The position numbers were made by a program, and so were the translations under genes. This document shows positions 1 to 12,295 of a stretch of DNA of 64,000 nucleotides, one piece after another. The first letter of the stretch is position 1, and each line of letters opens with the position of its first letter. This stretch comes from an uncultured Actinomycetes bacterium (GTDB taxonomy: Bacteria; Actinomycetota; Thermoleophilia; Solirubrobacterales; Solirubrobacteraceae), in assembly GCA_963822725.1 (NCBI GenBank), contig CAWGIR010000004.1, forward strand, positions 35,471 through 99,470. The letters are read 5' to 3'. The notes under the pieces are model-generated. The model was not told where the DNA came from, made no database searches, and saw only the letters and a list, made by a program, of their open reading frames with translations.

Positions 1-1526
1 ATCCCGATGTTCGTGGCCGACTACGTGCTGATGGAGTACGGAACCGGGGCGATCATGGCCGTCCCCGCGCACGACCAGCGCGATTACGACTTCGCGAAGG
101 CCTTCGATTTACCGATTCGACAGGTCGTCGCGCCGGCCGAAGGGGCCGCCCCCGAGGAGCGCACCGAGGGACAGGCGTTCGTCGCCCACTCGGAGAACGA
201 GGTGCTGATCAACTCCGCACAGTTCACCGGGATGAGCTCGGTCCAGGGCAAGGAGGCGATCATCGACTGGCTCGACAACGAGGGCACGTGGCCACGCCTC
301 GGTCTCCTACAAGCTCCGCGACTGGCTGCTCTCGCGCCAGCGCTACTGGGGCTGCCCGATCCCGATCATCTACTGCGAGCGCTGCGGCATGCTGCCGGTG
401 CCCGACGAGGACCTGCCGGTCGAGCTGCCGGAGATCGACGACTACCAGCCGAAGGGCCGCTCGCCGCTCGCCGCCGCCGAGGATTGGGTCAAGGTCAGGT
501 GCCCCGAGTGCGGGGGCGAGGCCCGGCGCGAGACCGACACGATGGACACGTTCGTCGACTCGAGCTGGTACTTCCTGCGCTATTGCGACGCGCACAACGA
601 CGCGGCCGCCTGGGACCGGCGGGTGCTCAGGCAGTGGACGCCCGTGGACCAGTACATCGGTGGCGTCGAGCACGCGATCCTGCACCTGATGTACGCGCGC
701 TTCTTCGTCAAGGCGTTCGCGGACATGGAGCTGCTCGACATCCAGGAGCCGTTCAAGGCCCTGTTCACGCAGGGGATGATCCTGGGGCCGGACGGCAACA
801 AGATGTCGAGCTCGAAGGGCAACGTCGTCGAGCCGCGTCCGATCGTCGAGCGGCTCGGCGCCGACGCAGCGCGCACGTACGTGCTGTTCATCGGTCCGCT
901 GGACCAGGACGCCGCCTGGTCGGACACCGGCGTGGAGGGCGTCCACCGCTTCCTGGCGCGGCTGTGGCGGCTGGGGCATGAGCTTTCCCATTCAAACGAG
1001 GGCGAGCAGGGGCTCGCCGAGCAGCCGATCGACCCCGCCGGCGCCGCGCTGACGCTGGTCCGCAAGGCCAACTGGGCGATCGACAAGGTGACCGCCGACC
1101 TCGCGGAGCGGTTCGCCTTCAACACGGCGATCTCGGCGATCATGGAGCTGGTGAACGAGGTCTACCGCCACGCCGGCGCGGACCCCGAGGCGCGGCGGTT
1201 CGCGACCGCCACCGCGGCCTCGCTCGTGTTCCCGTTCGCTCCGCACCTCGGCGCCGAGGTGTACGAGCTGCTGACGGGGCTTCGCGTGTGGGAGGAGCCG
1301 TGGCCGGACGCCGACCCGTCGATGCTGCAGACGGAGACGTTCGAGCTCGTCTGCCATGGTGAACGGCAAGGTGCGTGACCGCGTGGAGGCGCCGACCGGG
1401 GCGCCGCGCGAGGACCTCGAGCGGCTGTGTCTCGAGGCGCGCGGGGTGCAGTCACACGTGGACGGGCACGAGGTCGCGAAGGTGATCGTCGTTCTCGACA
1501 AGCTCGTCAACGTCGTCGTGCGGTAA
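1..1526 (+). CDS. leuS: Leucine--tRNA ligase, 5'-truncated, with 2 apparent frameshifts (~288, ~1356)
   Basis: Motifs [66 protein letters not shown] and VNGKVRD lie across three frames; stop TAA at 1524-1526. Confidence 0.96.
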
Positions 1527-1530
1527 CGAG

Positions 1531-2505
1531 TTGCCCGAGTTCAAGCCCGCCTACCTGATCCACGGCGACGATCACGGCCGGATCGCCGAGCGCCGCGCCC
1601 GGCTGCGGACGCTTGCGGAGACCGCCAGCGGTGCGCAGGGAATCGAGGTGTTCGAGGGCGACGCCGCGACGCCCGAGGCGGTCGCGGCGGCGCTGAGCGC
1701 GATGACGTTTGCGATCGGGCGACGGTTCATCGTCGTCGACGGGGTGGAGCGCTGGAAGGACAGGGAGCTCGAGCCACTCGAATCCGCGCTGGAGGCCATT
1801 CCCCCGGACACGACGGTTGCGCTCTTCGCACGCGAGGACAGCCGGCTGAAGGTTTCCAAACGCCTCCTCGACGCGGTTCGCGGAGCGGGCGGCGACATCT
1901 CGGCCGAGGCGAGCGTCAAGCCCTGGGAGCTGCCCAAGTGGGTGCGTGCACGCGCGCGCGAGCTCGGACTGGAGCTCGACTCGGACGCCGCGCGTGCGCT
2001 CGTGCAACAGGTTGGCGAGCGTCAGCAGCGCCTGATGCGAGAGCTCGAGAAGCTCGCGCTGTGGGCGGGAACCGGCGAGCGGATCGGCGCCGAGGAGATC
2101 GGGGAGCTGACGGCACCCTCCGCCGAGCGCAAGATCTGGGCGCTCGCCGACGCCCTCGTGGGCGGCGACGAGAAGGCCGCGACCCAGCTGTTCCTAGCCC
2201 TCCGCGCGCAAGGCGAGCGCGTGCCGGGGTTGATGTACTGGATGGCGGGGCGGGTGCGAAGCGCGATCGAGGTCGCGCAGGCGCTCGAGGCCGGTGTCCC
2301 CGCCGCTCAGGTGAAGCGGGGGCTCCGGATGCCGGCCCGGGCGGCGGACCGCCTGATCGCGGACTCGGCTCGTGCCGGTGCCGGGAAGCTGCGGGATGCG
2401 CTCGAGCAGCTGGCGGATCTGGAGCTGGCCTCGCGCGGCGGCGGTCCTTCGGCTGCCAGCGAGGACACGGAGATGCTGGTGGCGATCGAGCGGATCGCGA
2501 GCTAG
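1531..2505 (+). CDS. holA: DNA polymerase III delta subunit
   Basis: KPAYLIHGDD N-terminus and LMRELEKLAL; position between leuS and rpsT. Confidence 0.88.
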   Translation: MPEFKPAYLIHGDDHGRIAERRARLRTLAETASGAQGIEVFEGDAATPEAVAAALSAMTFAIGRRFIVVDGVERWKDRELEPLESALEAIPPDTTVALFAREDSRLKVSKRLLDAVRGAGGDISAEASVKPWELPKWVRARARELGLELDSDAARALVQQVGERQQRLMRELEKLALWAGTGERIGAEEIGELTAPSAERKIWALADALVGGDEKAATQLFLALRAQGERVPGLMYWMAGRVRSAIEVAQALEAGVPAAQVKRGLRMPARAADRLIADSARAGAGKLRDALEQLADLELASRGGGPSAASEDTEMLVAIERIAS

Positions 2506-3581
2506 CGGACCCCGAACAGCAGCGCCGCGACCAGGATCACGATCAGCACGCAGGCGCCCGCAATCGCCAGCGCGAGCCGGCGCGACTCGCGCGGTTCGCC
2601 CGCGTTCTCGACCGCCGGATCCCGAACCCCGATCGCGGTCTCCTGCTGGCTCCGCTCGATCCTTAGCCGCTCGTTCTCGGCCGCTAGCCGGTCACGCTCG
2701 GCGACCAGCGCTTGGTGGCCATGCAGCATGGCCTCGCGTTGCTCGATCGCGCGGTCGCGTTCGGCGGTGGCGGCGTCGCGCGAGTAGATCGTCGCGCCGC
2801 GCTCCTGGAGTGCCGCGTCGCGTTTCTGGAGCGCGGCATCGCGTACGCGGAAGGCGGCTCTGCGCTCGGCGAGCGCGTTGTCGCGCTCGTGCACGGCCAC
2901 GTCGATTTTCGCCTGTGCTCGGTCGCGTTCTCGCCGGACTGCGTCGAGCGCGGAGACCGCGTCGTCGCGAGCGGCGAGTGCCTCGTCCGTCCTGGCGCCG
3001 GCCCGGGCCGCCGTCTCCTCAGCTCGCGCGACCCGCTCCTCCGACGCGGCTCGGGCCTGCTCGAGCTCCTGCTTCAGCCGCTCGACCTCCTCGCGCAGCG
3101 TCGCGATCTCGGCGCGGGCTCTGTGCAGCGCTCGCTCGTGGTCGGGTCGCTCGCGTGGGCGCCGCGGCGCCGGGCGGACCGGCGCCGCCGCCGGGCGTTC
3201 CGGATCAGCGCTGCGCCGGGTTCTCGCGGGCTGAGGCTGGCGTCTTCCCCGCCCGGGCACCGCCAGGCTGATCGTCACGCCCGGCGCCACGCTGAGCTCT
3301 GCCTCCTCGGCGCCGTCCCACCCGGCGGAGGAGGGAAACGCCGCCTCCCACAGCTCGCCGTCCTCCGCGGCCCACGGCTTATGCGCGAGGTCTGCCAGCA
3401 ATCGCGTCTCGAGGCCGTCTGTCACCAGCGTCAACGTGGGACGGATGAACCTCCGACCGCGCACGCCGAACCAGCGCCCATCGAGCTCGAACCGTTCGCC
3501 GTCGGTGAACTCGAATCGCTCGACGTCGAAGGCGATCTCGCCGTCGTTCAGTGGGATGGCGGACTGGACGGCCTTCCCCAT
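2502..3581 (-). CDS. Hypothetical coiled-coil protein with C-terminal membrane anchor
   Basis: ATG at 3581 (MGKAVQ). Beta-rich N-domain, Pro/Arg linker, ERDxA heptads and hydrophobic C-tail LALAIAGACVLIVILVAALLFG. Confidence 0.7.
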   Translation of the reverse strand: MGKAVQSAIPLNDGEIAFDVERFEFTDGERFELDGRWFGVRGRRFIRPTLTLVTDGLETRLLADLAHKPWAAEDGELWEAAFPSSAGWDGAEEAELSVAPGVTISLAVPGRGRRQPQPARTRRSADPERPAAAPVRPAPRRPRERPDHERALHRARAEIATLREEVERLKQELEQARAASEERVARAEETAARAGARTDEALAARDDAVSALDAVRRERDRAQAKIDVAVHERDNALAERRAAFRVRDAALQKRDAALQERGATIYSRDAATAERDRAIEQREAMLHGHQALVAERDRLAAENERLRIERSQQETAIGVRDPAVENAGEPRESRRLALAIAGACVLIVILVAALLFGVR

Positions 3582-3657
3582 GGCCGGACAAACTACCGAC
3601 CCGCTCCCGCGGGCGCCATCAGGCGCGGCGCCGTCCGGGCCGGGCGTCCGCCGGCGG

Positions 3658-3918
3658 CTACGCGCCGCCGCGCACCCGCGCGGCTCGTGACTTCTTCCGC
3701 GCGCCCGTATTGCGATGCAGCGCGCCCCGCTTGACGGCCTTGTCGATCGTCTGCACGAGCACGCGGTGCTCGGCGTCGACGGTGTCGGAGTCGCCCTCCG
3801 AGACCGCCCGCTCGAGGCGGCGGAAGTAGGTCTTGATCTTCGTCGTGTAGCGACGGTTCTCGAGCCGCTCGCGCTCGGCGCGAAGGATCCGCTTCTTCTG
3901 GGAGTGGATGTTTGCCAT
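3658..3918 (-). CDS. rpsT: 30S ribosomal protein S20
   Basis: MANIHSQKKRI...IDKAVKRGALHRNTGARKKSR. Confidence 0.96.
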   Translation of the reverse strand: MANIHSQKKRILRAERERLENRRYTTKIKTYFRRLERAVSEGDSDTVDAEHRVLVQTIDKAVKRGALHRNTGARKKSRAARVRGGA

Positions 3919-3971
3919 ACAGAGAGGCCGCGACGGTTCCGCCGCGGCGCGCGCCGTACTATAGCGGCCAA

Positions 3972-5578
3972 GTGTCGGACGAGACCATCGCCGCAAGCGC
4001 CCCCAGACCGCGGCGCCGGCTCGCCATGTCAGACCGCGATCTTTTCGATCGCGACGGCGTTGTCGCGGGTCGCGGGGCTCGGTCAGGGAGATCGTCGCGG
4101 CGAGCTTCTTCGGGACCAACCCGTCCGCGTCGGCGTTCACGATCGCCTACCAGATCCCGAACCTGGTGTCGAACCTGTTCGCGCAGGCGGCGCTGTCGGC
4201 GGCGTTCGTCCCGGTGTTCACCGATCTGCTGCAGCAGGGCCGCAAGCGCGAGGCGTTCCGGCTCGCCTCCACGATGTTCTGGCTGATCCTGATCGGGCTG
4301 GGCGCGATCACCCTGATCCTGATCCTGGCGGCCGAACCTGATCATGCCGCTGTTCACCGGCACCAGCGTCCCTAACGGGCTGACCGCGGACCTCGCGCGG
4401 ATCCTCTTCCCGGTCGTCTTGCTGCTCGGCCTGACCGGCCTGCTGGTGGGGATCCTGCAGTCGTTACGACGAGTTCTCGATCCCCGCGATCGCGCCCGCG
4501 GTCTGGAACATCGTGATCTCGTGCTGCTGGTGGCGCTGAAGCCGCAGTTCCATTCGGCATCGGGCATCTACGCCTACGCGATCGCGTGGCTGGTGGCGAC
4601 CGTCGTGCAGATGGTGATGGTCGGCGAGCGCGCTCAGAAGGATCGACTTCCGCCTGCAGTTCTCCCTCGACTGGCACGACCCCCGGGTCAGGCAGGTGTT
4701 CGTGCTGATGCTGCCGGTCACGATCGGGCCTGGGGATCATGAACCTCGACCAGCTGCTCAACTCGACCTTCGGCTCGCTCGTCAACAGCGACGCGCCGGG
4801 GGCGATCGACCAGGCGTTCCGGATCTACATGCTGCCGCAGGGGATGTTCAGCGTGGCGGTGGCGACGGTCCTGTTTCCGACCCTCAGCCGCTTTGCCAAC
4901 GTGCGCGACGCGGGCGGCCTGCGCCGAGCGGTCGGGGAGGGAATGCGCCAGATCAACCTGCTCCTGATCCCCTCGGCGGCGCTGATGATGGTGCTGACGA
5001 CCCCGATCGTCAGGCTTGTCTACCAGCACGGCGAGTTCTCATCGCACTCCACGCACTACGTCTCCGTCGCGCTCTTCTGGTTCGCCTTCAGCCTCCCGTT
5101 CGGCGGGCTCAACCTGCTGCTGACGCGCAGCTTCTTTGCCGTCAAGCGCCCCTGGATCCCGACCGGCCTGGCGGCGATGAACATGGTCGTGGACATCATC
5201 ATCAGCATCGTTCTGTACAAGCCGCTGGGGATCGCGGGGCTGGTGATCGGTACCGCAGTCGCCAACGCGGTTATGACCTGGCTGCAGCTCGATCGCCTCC
5301 GGCTGGGCCTGGGCGGCCGCCTGGAGGGCAGGCAGACGCTGATGATCACGCTCCGGATCCTGATCGCCTCGGCGGTGGTGGCTGCGCTCGCGCGCGGGGT
5401 GTGGGCGCTGGTGAGCGGCATCGTCGGCACGTCGCTGGTGGGGGAAATCGTCTCCGTGGGCCTTGCGCTGGCGATCGCGATCGGCCTGTACGCGCGGCTC
5501 GTGCTACTGATGCGGATCCCCGAGGCGCGGCAGATCGAGCAGCTGGTGATGGGCCGCCTGCGGCGCGGGGCGGCCTGA
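3972..5578 (+). CDS. murJ: Lipid II flippase MurJ/MviN with multiple apparent frameshifts in the 5' half
   Basis: ATALSRVAGL, AFTIAYQIPNL, ALSAAFVPVF and AFRIYMLPQGMFSVAVATVLFP motifs in successive frames; divergent from rpsT. Confidence 0.9.
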
Positions 5579-5583
5579 CGGCC

Positions 5584-5638
5584 GCGTCCCTGGGGCCATG
5601 CGACCCCGTCCGGACGGGGTTAATGGCCCCACGGACGC
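5584..5638. repeat. Long imperfect intergenic palindrome (REP-like or terminator)
   Basis: GCGTCCCTGGGGCCAT-gcg-ACCCCGTC-CG-GACGGGGT-ta-ATGGCCCCACGGACGC. Confidence 0.65.
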
Positions 5639-5672
5639 CCGCGAAGCGGGCCCCGCAATACCCTCATGAGCA

Positions 5673-7476
<1,804 letters not shown>

Positions 7477-7507
7477 CCCGCTTACAGCCAACCGCGCGGC
7501 TCGGCGC

Positions 7508-7936
7508 TCAGCCGACGGCGTGGCCCTGCCAGTGGCGGTGGTGGCGGCCGTGGCGCATGGTCCGGCGGCGGTGATGGCAGCGGCCTCCGAACGCCCACCA
7601 GGCGATCAGCGCCCACAGGCCCCAGGCGGCGAGCACGCCCGTGATCACGAGCGCGACCGCGGCGATCACGGCGAGCGCCACGAGCGCGAACGCGACCAGC
7701 ATCACGGGCCGCGCGACGGAGGCCGAGGAACGCGATTGCCGACGCGCCACGGCGCCGTGCGGCAGGTCGGACACGACGGCATCGAGCTCGCCGTACGTCT
7801 TGGCCTTGAACGCGGCGCCGAGACGCTGTTCGAGCTCCTCGGCGAGCAGCCTGCCCTCGGCGGCCGCGTGCCGCAGGCGGTCGGCCACGTGCTCGCGATC
7901 GGCGTCGGATGCTCTGAGCGTGCTTCGAGAAGACAT
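7508..7936 (-). CDS. DUF1707 (SHOCT-like) domain membrane protein
   Basis: LRASDADRE...AAAEGRL..EELEQRL...AKTYGELDAVVSDLP followed by TM helices. Confidence 0.85.
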   Translation of the reverse strand: MSSRSTLRASDADREHVADRLRHAAAEGRLLAEELEQRLGAAFKAKTYGELDAVVSDLPHGAVARRQSRSSASVARPVMLVAFALVALAVIAAVALVITGVLAAWGLWALIAWWAFGGRCHHRRRTMRHGRHHRHWQGHAVG

Positions 7937-8043
7937 ATCGGTTCGCTGACGGACCGCAGTTGAGGCGCCCGCCAGCGCACTCATCAGGCTACCGCGCGCG
8001 CGATGACCGCCACAAGAGCGGGCCTGTGAGAATGCTCCACTCG

Positions 8044-8842
8044 ATGGACCTCGGCATCAAGGACCGCGCCTGCATCCTGACCGGAGCCACCGGCGGAATC
8101 GGCCGGGCGACGGCGCTGGCGCTGGCCGGCGAGGGCGCCTCGACGCTGCTGCATCGGCCGCCACGCCCAGCCGCTCGAGGAGCTGGCCTCCGCCTGCGAG
8201 CGGGCGGGCGGCCGTGCCGCGACGCTCGTCGTGGACATCACCTACCCGGAAGCCGACGAGCGTTCCGTCGCGGCCTGCACCGAGGCCTTCGGGCGGATCG
8301 ACGCGCTCGTCAACTGCGCGGGCACGAGCGCGGTGAAGTCGCTCGATGAGCTGACCGACCGCGACTGGCAGGACCAGTGGGAGCTGCACGTGATGGCGCC
8401 GATGCGGCTGATGCGCGCGGCGGCGCCCGCGATGGCCGATCGCGGCTGGGGCCGAATCGTCAACGTCTGCTCCTCGTCGGGAAAGCGTCCCTCTCAGACG
8501 AACATGGCCTATTCGGTCACGAAGGCGGCGCAGCTCTCGCTCTCGCGCGCGTTCGCCGACCTGTACGCGTCGAAGGGGGTGCTCGTCAACGCGTTAGCGC
8601 CGGGACCGATCGCCGGCCGGCTGTGGCTCCGAGAGGGCGGGCTCGCCGACCAGCAGGCAAAGGCGCGCGGCATCACGCGGGACGAGATCCTCTCGCAGAC
8701 CGCGTCCCGCACGCCGCTCGGCCGGCTCGGCTCCGAAGAGGAGATCGCCGCCGTGATCGCGTTCCTGTGCTCGGAGCAGGCCGCCAACGTCGCCGGCGCG
8801 GCGTGGTCGGTCGACGGTGGGACCGTGCCCGTGATCATCTGA
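8044..8842 (+). CDS. SDR family oxidoreductase (FabG-like), apparent frameshift near 8152
   Basis: MDLGIKDRACILTGATGGIG, NCAG, YSVTK, VDGG. Confidence 0.88.
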
Positions 8843-8856
8843 AAGACTGCCGCGCC

Positions 8857-9288
8857 GTGAGCGCGGTCGGAAAGACGTATGCCCCGGTGATCTATGCCGT
8901 CGGTCGAGAGAAGGTCCGCGAGTACGCGCGGGCGGTGGGGGAGACGAACCCGCTGTACTTCGACGTCGAGGCAGCGCGCGCGGCCGGCCACGCCGACGTC
9001 GTGGCGCCGCCGATGTTCGCGGTCGTGTACTCCTCCCCGGCCGTCACCCCGGCGATGTTCGACCCTGAGCTGGGGATCGACTTCGCGCGCGTGGTTCACG
9101 GCGGCCAGGAGCTCGCGTGGGGACCACTCGTCGTGGCGGGCGACGAGGTAACAACAACCGCGACCGTCAAAGACGTCTCAGAGCGCGGAGGGATGGGCTT
9201 CTTCATCTTCGAGGCCGTCTCCGAGAATCAGCGTGGCGAGACCGTGTGCACGGGCACCTGGACGATCATCGTGCGAGGGGAATCATGA
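8857..9288 (+). CDS. MaoC/FAS1-like dehydratase N-terminal hotdog protein (HadA-like)
   Basis: VGREKVREYARAVGETNPLYFD...APPMF...VVHGGQE. Confidence 0.85.
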   Translation: MSAVGKTYAPVIYAVGREKVREYARAVGETNPLYFDVEAARAAGHADVVAPPMFAVVYSSPAVTPAMFDPELGIDFARVVHGGQELAWGPLVVAGDEVTTTATVKDVSERGGMGFFIFEAVSENQRGETVCTGTWTIIVRGES

Positions 9289-9665
9289 AGCCTGGCGACA
9301 AGGTCGAGCTCAAGGTCACGCCCGACCCGTACGTCACCGTTCGCTACGCGGGCGCGTCGGGCGACTTCAACCCGATCCACATCGACGAGGAGTTCGCCCA
9401 GAAGGTGGGTCTGCCGGGGCGGATCCTGCACGGCCTGTGGACGATGGCGCAGGTGGCGCGCGCCCATACGGACGCCGCCGGCGGCCCGGAAGGGCTAAAG
9501 CGGCTCTCGGTCCAGTTCCGGGGCATGGGCCGGCTCGATCAGGAGGTCCTCGTCGAGGGAACCGTTCGTGGCGTCAACGGTGGAATCGCGACCGTTGACG
9601 CGGAAGCCCGGCAGGGCGACGCCAGGCTGATCCGCAACGCGGTCGCCGAGCTCGAGGTGGAGTAG
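9285..9665 (+). CDS. MaoC family dehydratase (HadB-like)
   Basis: Hydratase-2 motif YAGASGDFNPIHID...ILHG; ATGA overlap with the upstream gene. Confidence 0.88.
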   Translation: MKPGDKVELKVTPDPYVTVRYAGASGDFNPIHIDEEFAQKVGLPGRILHGLWTMAQVARAHTDAAGGPEGLKRLSVQFRGMGRLDQEVLVEGTVRGVNGGIATVDAEARQGDARLIRNAVAELEVE

Positions 9666-9672
9666 CCCGCCC

Positions 9673-11229
9673 CTACTTGGTGCAGGGCACCGGTCCGCTG
9701 GGAGTCGGCGCGCTTCCGCGCTCCTGTGGCGGCGCTGAGGAATTGACCGTCACCGGGTAGTTCGCCACGAGCGTCTCCTCGATCACCTGCAGGCTGTTCG
9801 TGGTGTCCTCCGCGAGGTCGAACGGCGCGCTCGTCGCGCACGTGCTCATCGTCACCCGCGAGTCGATCAGCGACGGCTGCGGGAGCGAGGGCACGGACGT
9901 GTTCACCTTGACGAAGTTGAACGCGCTGACCAGGTCGCCGGTGACCGAGCGTCGCCACGCACTGAGGTTGGGTACCTCGGCTCCGAACCTCGTCTCGATG
10001 AACCGCAGCAGCGAGGTGTGGTCGAACACGTTGTGGCTCACGAGCCCGCCCCTTGCGAACGGCGAGACGATCAGCAGCGGGACGCGGAACCCGAGGCCGA
10101 TCGGCCCCGCGACGCCCGAGGCATCCGACGGCAGCGGGTTGGCCGTCAGGAATTCGCCCGGGGTTCCGGCGGGGGCGGCGGGCGGCGGCACATGGTCGAA
10201 GAAGCCGCCGTTCTCGTCGTGGGTTATGAACAGCGCGGTCTTGGACCACACCGATGGATTCGACACGAGCGTGTTCAGCACGTTCGCGGCGACCCACTCA
10301 CCGTAGATCTCAGGTGTGGGCGGATGCTCGGAGTCGATCAGCGGGGCGAGGATCCATGAGACCTGCGGCAGCGTCCCCGCGGCGACGTCGAGCTGGAACG
10401 TGCCCGGGTAGGTCGGTGTCAGGGCATTCGCCGTGAGCACGGGATTCGTCAAATACTGCTTGAAGTACGGCAGCACGTTGTCGCCGAAGTTCCCGTCCGG
10501 ATCGCCGTAGACCTTCCAGCTGATCCCGCGTGCCTGGAGCTGCTCGGGCATCGTGGTCCAGCTCAGGGTTCCGTAGCGCTCGACGCGCGTGGAGCTGGTT
10601 GAGAGGATCGGGCCTCCCTGCGCGCCCGCGGGATCGAGCCAGGCGGACATCGAGTAGAGGCGGTTCGGGTCGGTCGGGCCGATCACCGAGCAGTGGTAGT
10701 GGTCACAGATCGTGAACGCGTCGGCGAGCGCGTAATAGAACGACAGGTCGTTGCGGTTGTAGTAGCCCATCGTCAACGGCCCGTTCGCCGCTCCGTCGGC
10801 GGCCACGTGGCCGGTCACGAAGCCATCCAGCTTGCCGGAGTCCCAGTAGGTGTGCTGCGGGCCCCAGCTGTGGTTGATGTCGTTCGTGCACTCGCCGTTG
10901 TGGAACGAGTCCAGGTGGAACGGGTACAGGTGGTTGCCGTCGAACCCGCCCGGATAGCCGGGCTGGGCGAAGATGCTGAGCCCGGAGCCGTCGTTCAGCC
11001 GCAGCACGCTCGGGTCGCCGAACCCGGCCACGCCCCGGTAGGAGCCGAAGTAGTGGTCGAACGAGCGGTTCTCCTGAATCAGGATCACCACGTGCTGGAT
11101 GTCGTTCAGACTCCCGCAATTGGGTGGGTTCGCCAGCGCTCGCGAGATCAGCGGGTTCCACAACATCGCGGACGCTCCAGCGGTGGCGCCGGCCTGCAAC
11201 GCCTGTCGGCGTGTAAAGCGATCAGTCAT
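9673..11229 (-). CDS. Tat-exported phosphoesterase / phospholipase C (PlcH/AcpA family)
   Basis: TRRQAL Tat signal, HVVILIQENRSFDHYFG, GPTDPNR, DENGGFFDHV, GLGFRVP, FDHTS; GGAGG RBS. Confidence 0.92.
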   Translation of the reverse strand: MTDRFTRRQALQAGATAGASAMLWNPLISRALANPPNCGSLNDIQHVVILIQENRSFDHYFGSYRGVAGFGDPSVLRLNDGSGLSIFAQPGYPGGFDGNHLYPFHLDSFHNGECTNDINHSWGPQHTYWDSGKLDGFVTGHVAADGAANGPLTMGYYNRNDLSFYYALADAFTICDHYHCSVIGPTDPNRLYSMSAWLDPAGAQGGPILSTSSTRVERYGTLSWTTMPEQLQARGISWKVYGDPDGNFGDNVLPYFKQYLTNPVLTANALTPTYPGTFQLDVAAGTLPQVSWILAPLIDSEHPPTPEIYGEWVAANVLNTLVSNPSVWSKTALFITHDENGGFFDHVPPPAAPAGTPGEFLTANPLPSDASGVAGPIGLGFRVPLLIVSPFARGGLVSHNVFDHTSLLRFIETRFGAEVPNLSAWRRSVTGDLVSAFNFVKVNTSVPSLPQPSLIDSRVTMSTCATSAPFDLAEDTTNSLQVIEETLVANYPVTVNSSAPPQERGSAPTPSGPVPCTK

Positions 11230-11278
11230 CCGATCCTCCCTCGTGAGGCCAGAAAACCTACACCTACAATCAAGAGCG

Positions 11279-12295
11279 ATGCTCACAGAACGCCAAGAAC
11301 TGGTGTTACGCAAGGTGATCGAGGAATACCTGGCCGCCGGGGCACCGGTGGGATCGAAGGCGCTCGCGGCCGAGGCCGACGTGGAATGGGGACCTTCGAC
11401 GGTCCGCCACGAGCTGGCGACGCTGGAGGATCTTGGGCTGCTCGCGCATCCCCACACCTCTGCGGGCCGAGTCCCCACCGAGGCCGGCTATCGCTACTTC
11501 GTCGACCGTCTCCTGCCCGAGGAGAACACCGGCCCGTCGCTGTCGCTGTCGCTGGTGCGGCGCGAGCTCGACGACGCCATGCGGGTGACGACCGAGACGC
11601 TGTCCCAGGTCACGGACCTGCTGGCGATCGTCACCGCTCCGCCGATTGAGACCTCCACGATCAGGCACATCGAGGTGCTCGTCCTTCAGCCGCAGGTGCT
11701 GATGGTGGTCGTGATCACCTCGACCGGCGGCGTCACCAAGCGGATGTTCACGTTCTCGGAGTCCGTCGATCCGGGCCTCACGCACTGGGCCGTCTCCTAT
11801 TTGAACGAGCGGCTGGTGGGACTAGGTCTCGGCGCTCGGATGATCCACCAGCGCCTCCACGATCCTTCGCTGTCGAGCATCGAGATGCGCTTCCTGGACG
11901 CGCTGGCGCCGGTCTTCACCGAGCTCGAGGCCTCCGCCCAGGCGACCCTCTACGTGGAGGGCGCGGCGCGGCTGCTGGAGCTCGACCGATTCGCCGACCT
12001 GTCCCAGCTCCAGTCGCTGATGGACATGCTCGAGCGCCGCGTGACGCTGATCGGCGTTCTCCGCACGGCGCTCGTGAACCGGGGCGTGTCGGTGCGGATC
12101 GGAGCCGAGAACGACGCGCCCGAGCTGCACTCGCTTGCGCTCGTGGCCTCGAGCTACGGCCTGCCTCAGCGCAATCTCGGCGCGGTGTCGGTGATCGGCC
12201 CGCTGCGGATGGACTACGGCCGTGCGATCCGCTCGGTCCGTGAGGCCGCCTCGCAGCTGTCGAGCTTCGTGACCGAGGTCTACGACGAGCGATGA
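11279..12295 (+). CDS. hrcA: Heat-inducible transcription repressor
   Basis: [10 protein letters not shown]...PVGSK...[20 protein letters not shown]. Confidence 0.95.
   Translation: MLTERQELVLRKVIEEYLAAGAPVGSKALAAEADVEWGPSTVRHELATLEDLGLLAHPHTSAGRVPTEAGYRYFVDRLLPEENTGPSLSLSLVRRELDDAMRVTTETLSQVTDLLAIVTAPPIETSTIRHIEVLVLQPQVLMVVVITSTGGVTKRMFTFSESVDPGLTHWAVSYLNERLVGLGLGARMIHQRLHDPSLSSIEMRFLDALAPVFTELEASAQATLYVEGAARLLELDRFADLSQLQSLMDMLERRVTLIGVLRTALVNRGVSVRIGAENDAPELHSLALVASSYGLPQRNLGAVSVIGPLRMDYGRAIRSVREAASQLSSFVTEVYDER

Noticed and set aside
11230-11278. CIRCE element upstream of hrcA-dnaJ
   Set aside because: No TTAGCACTC-N9-GAGTGCTAA-like repeat is visible.
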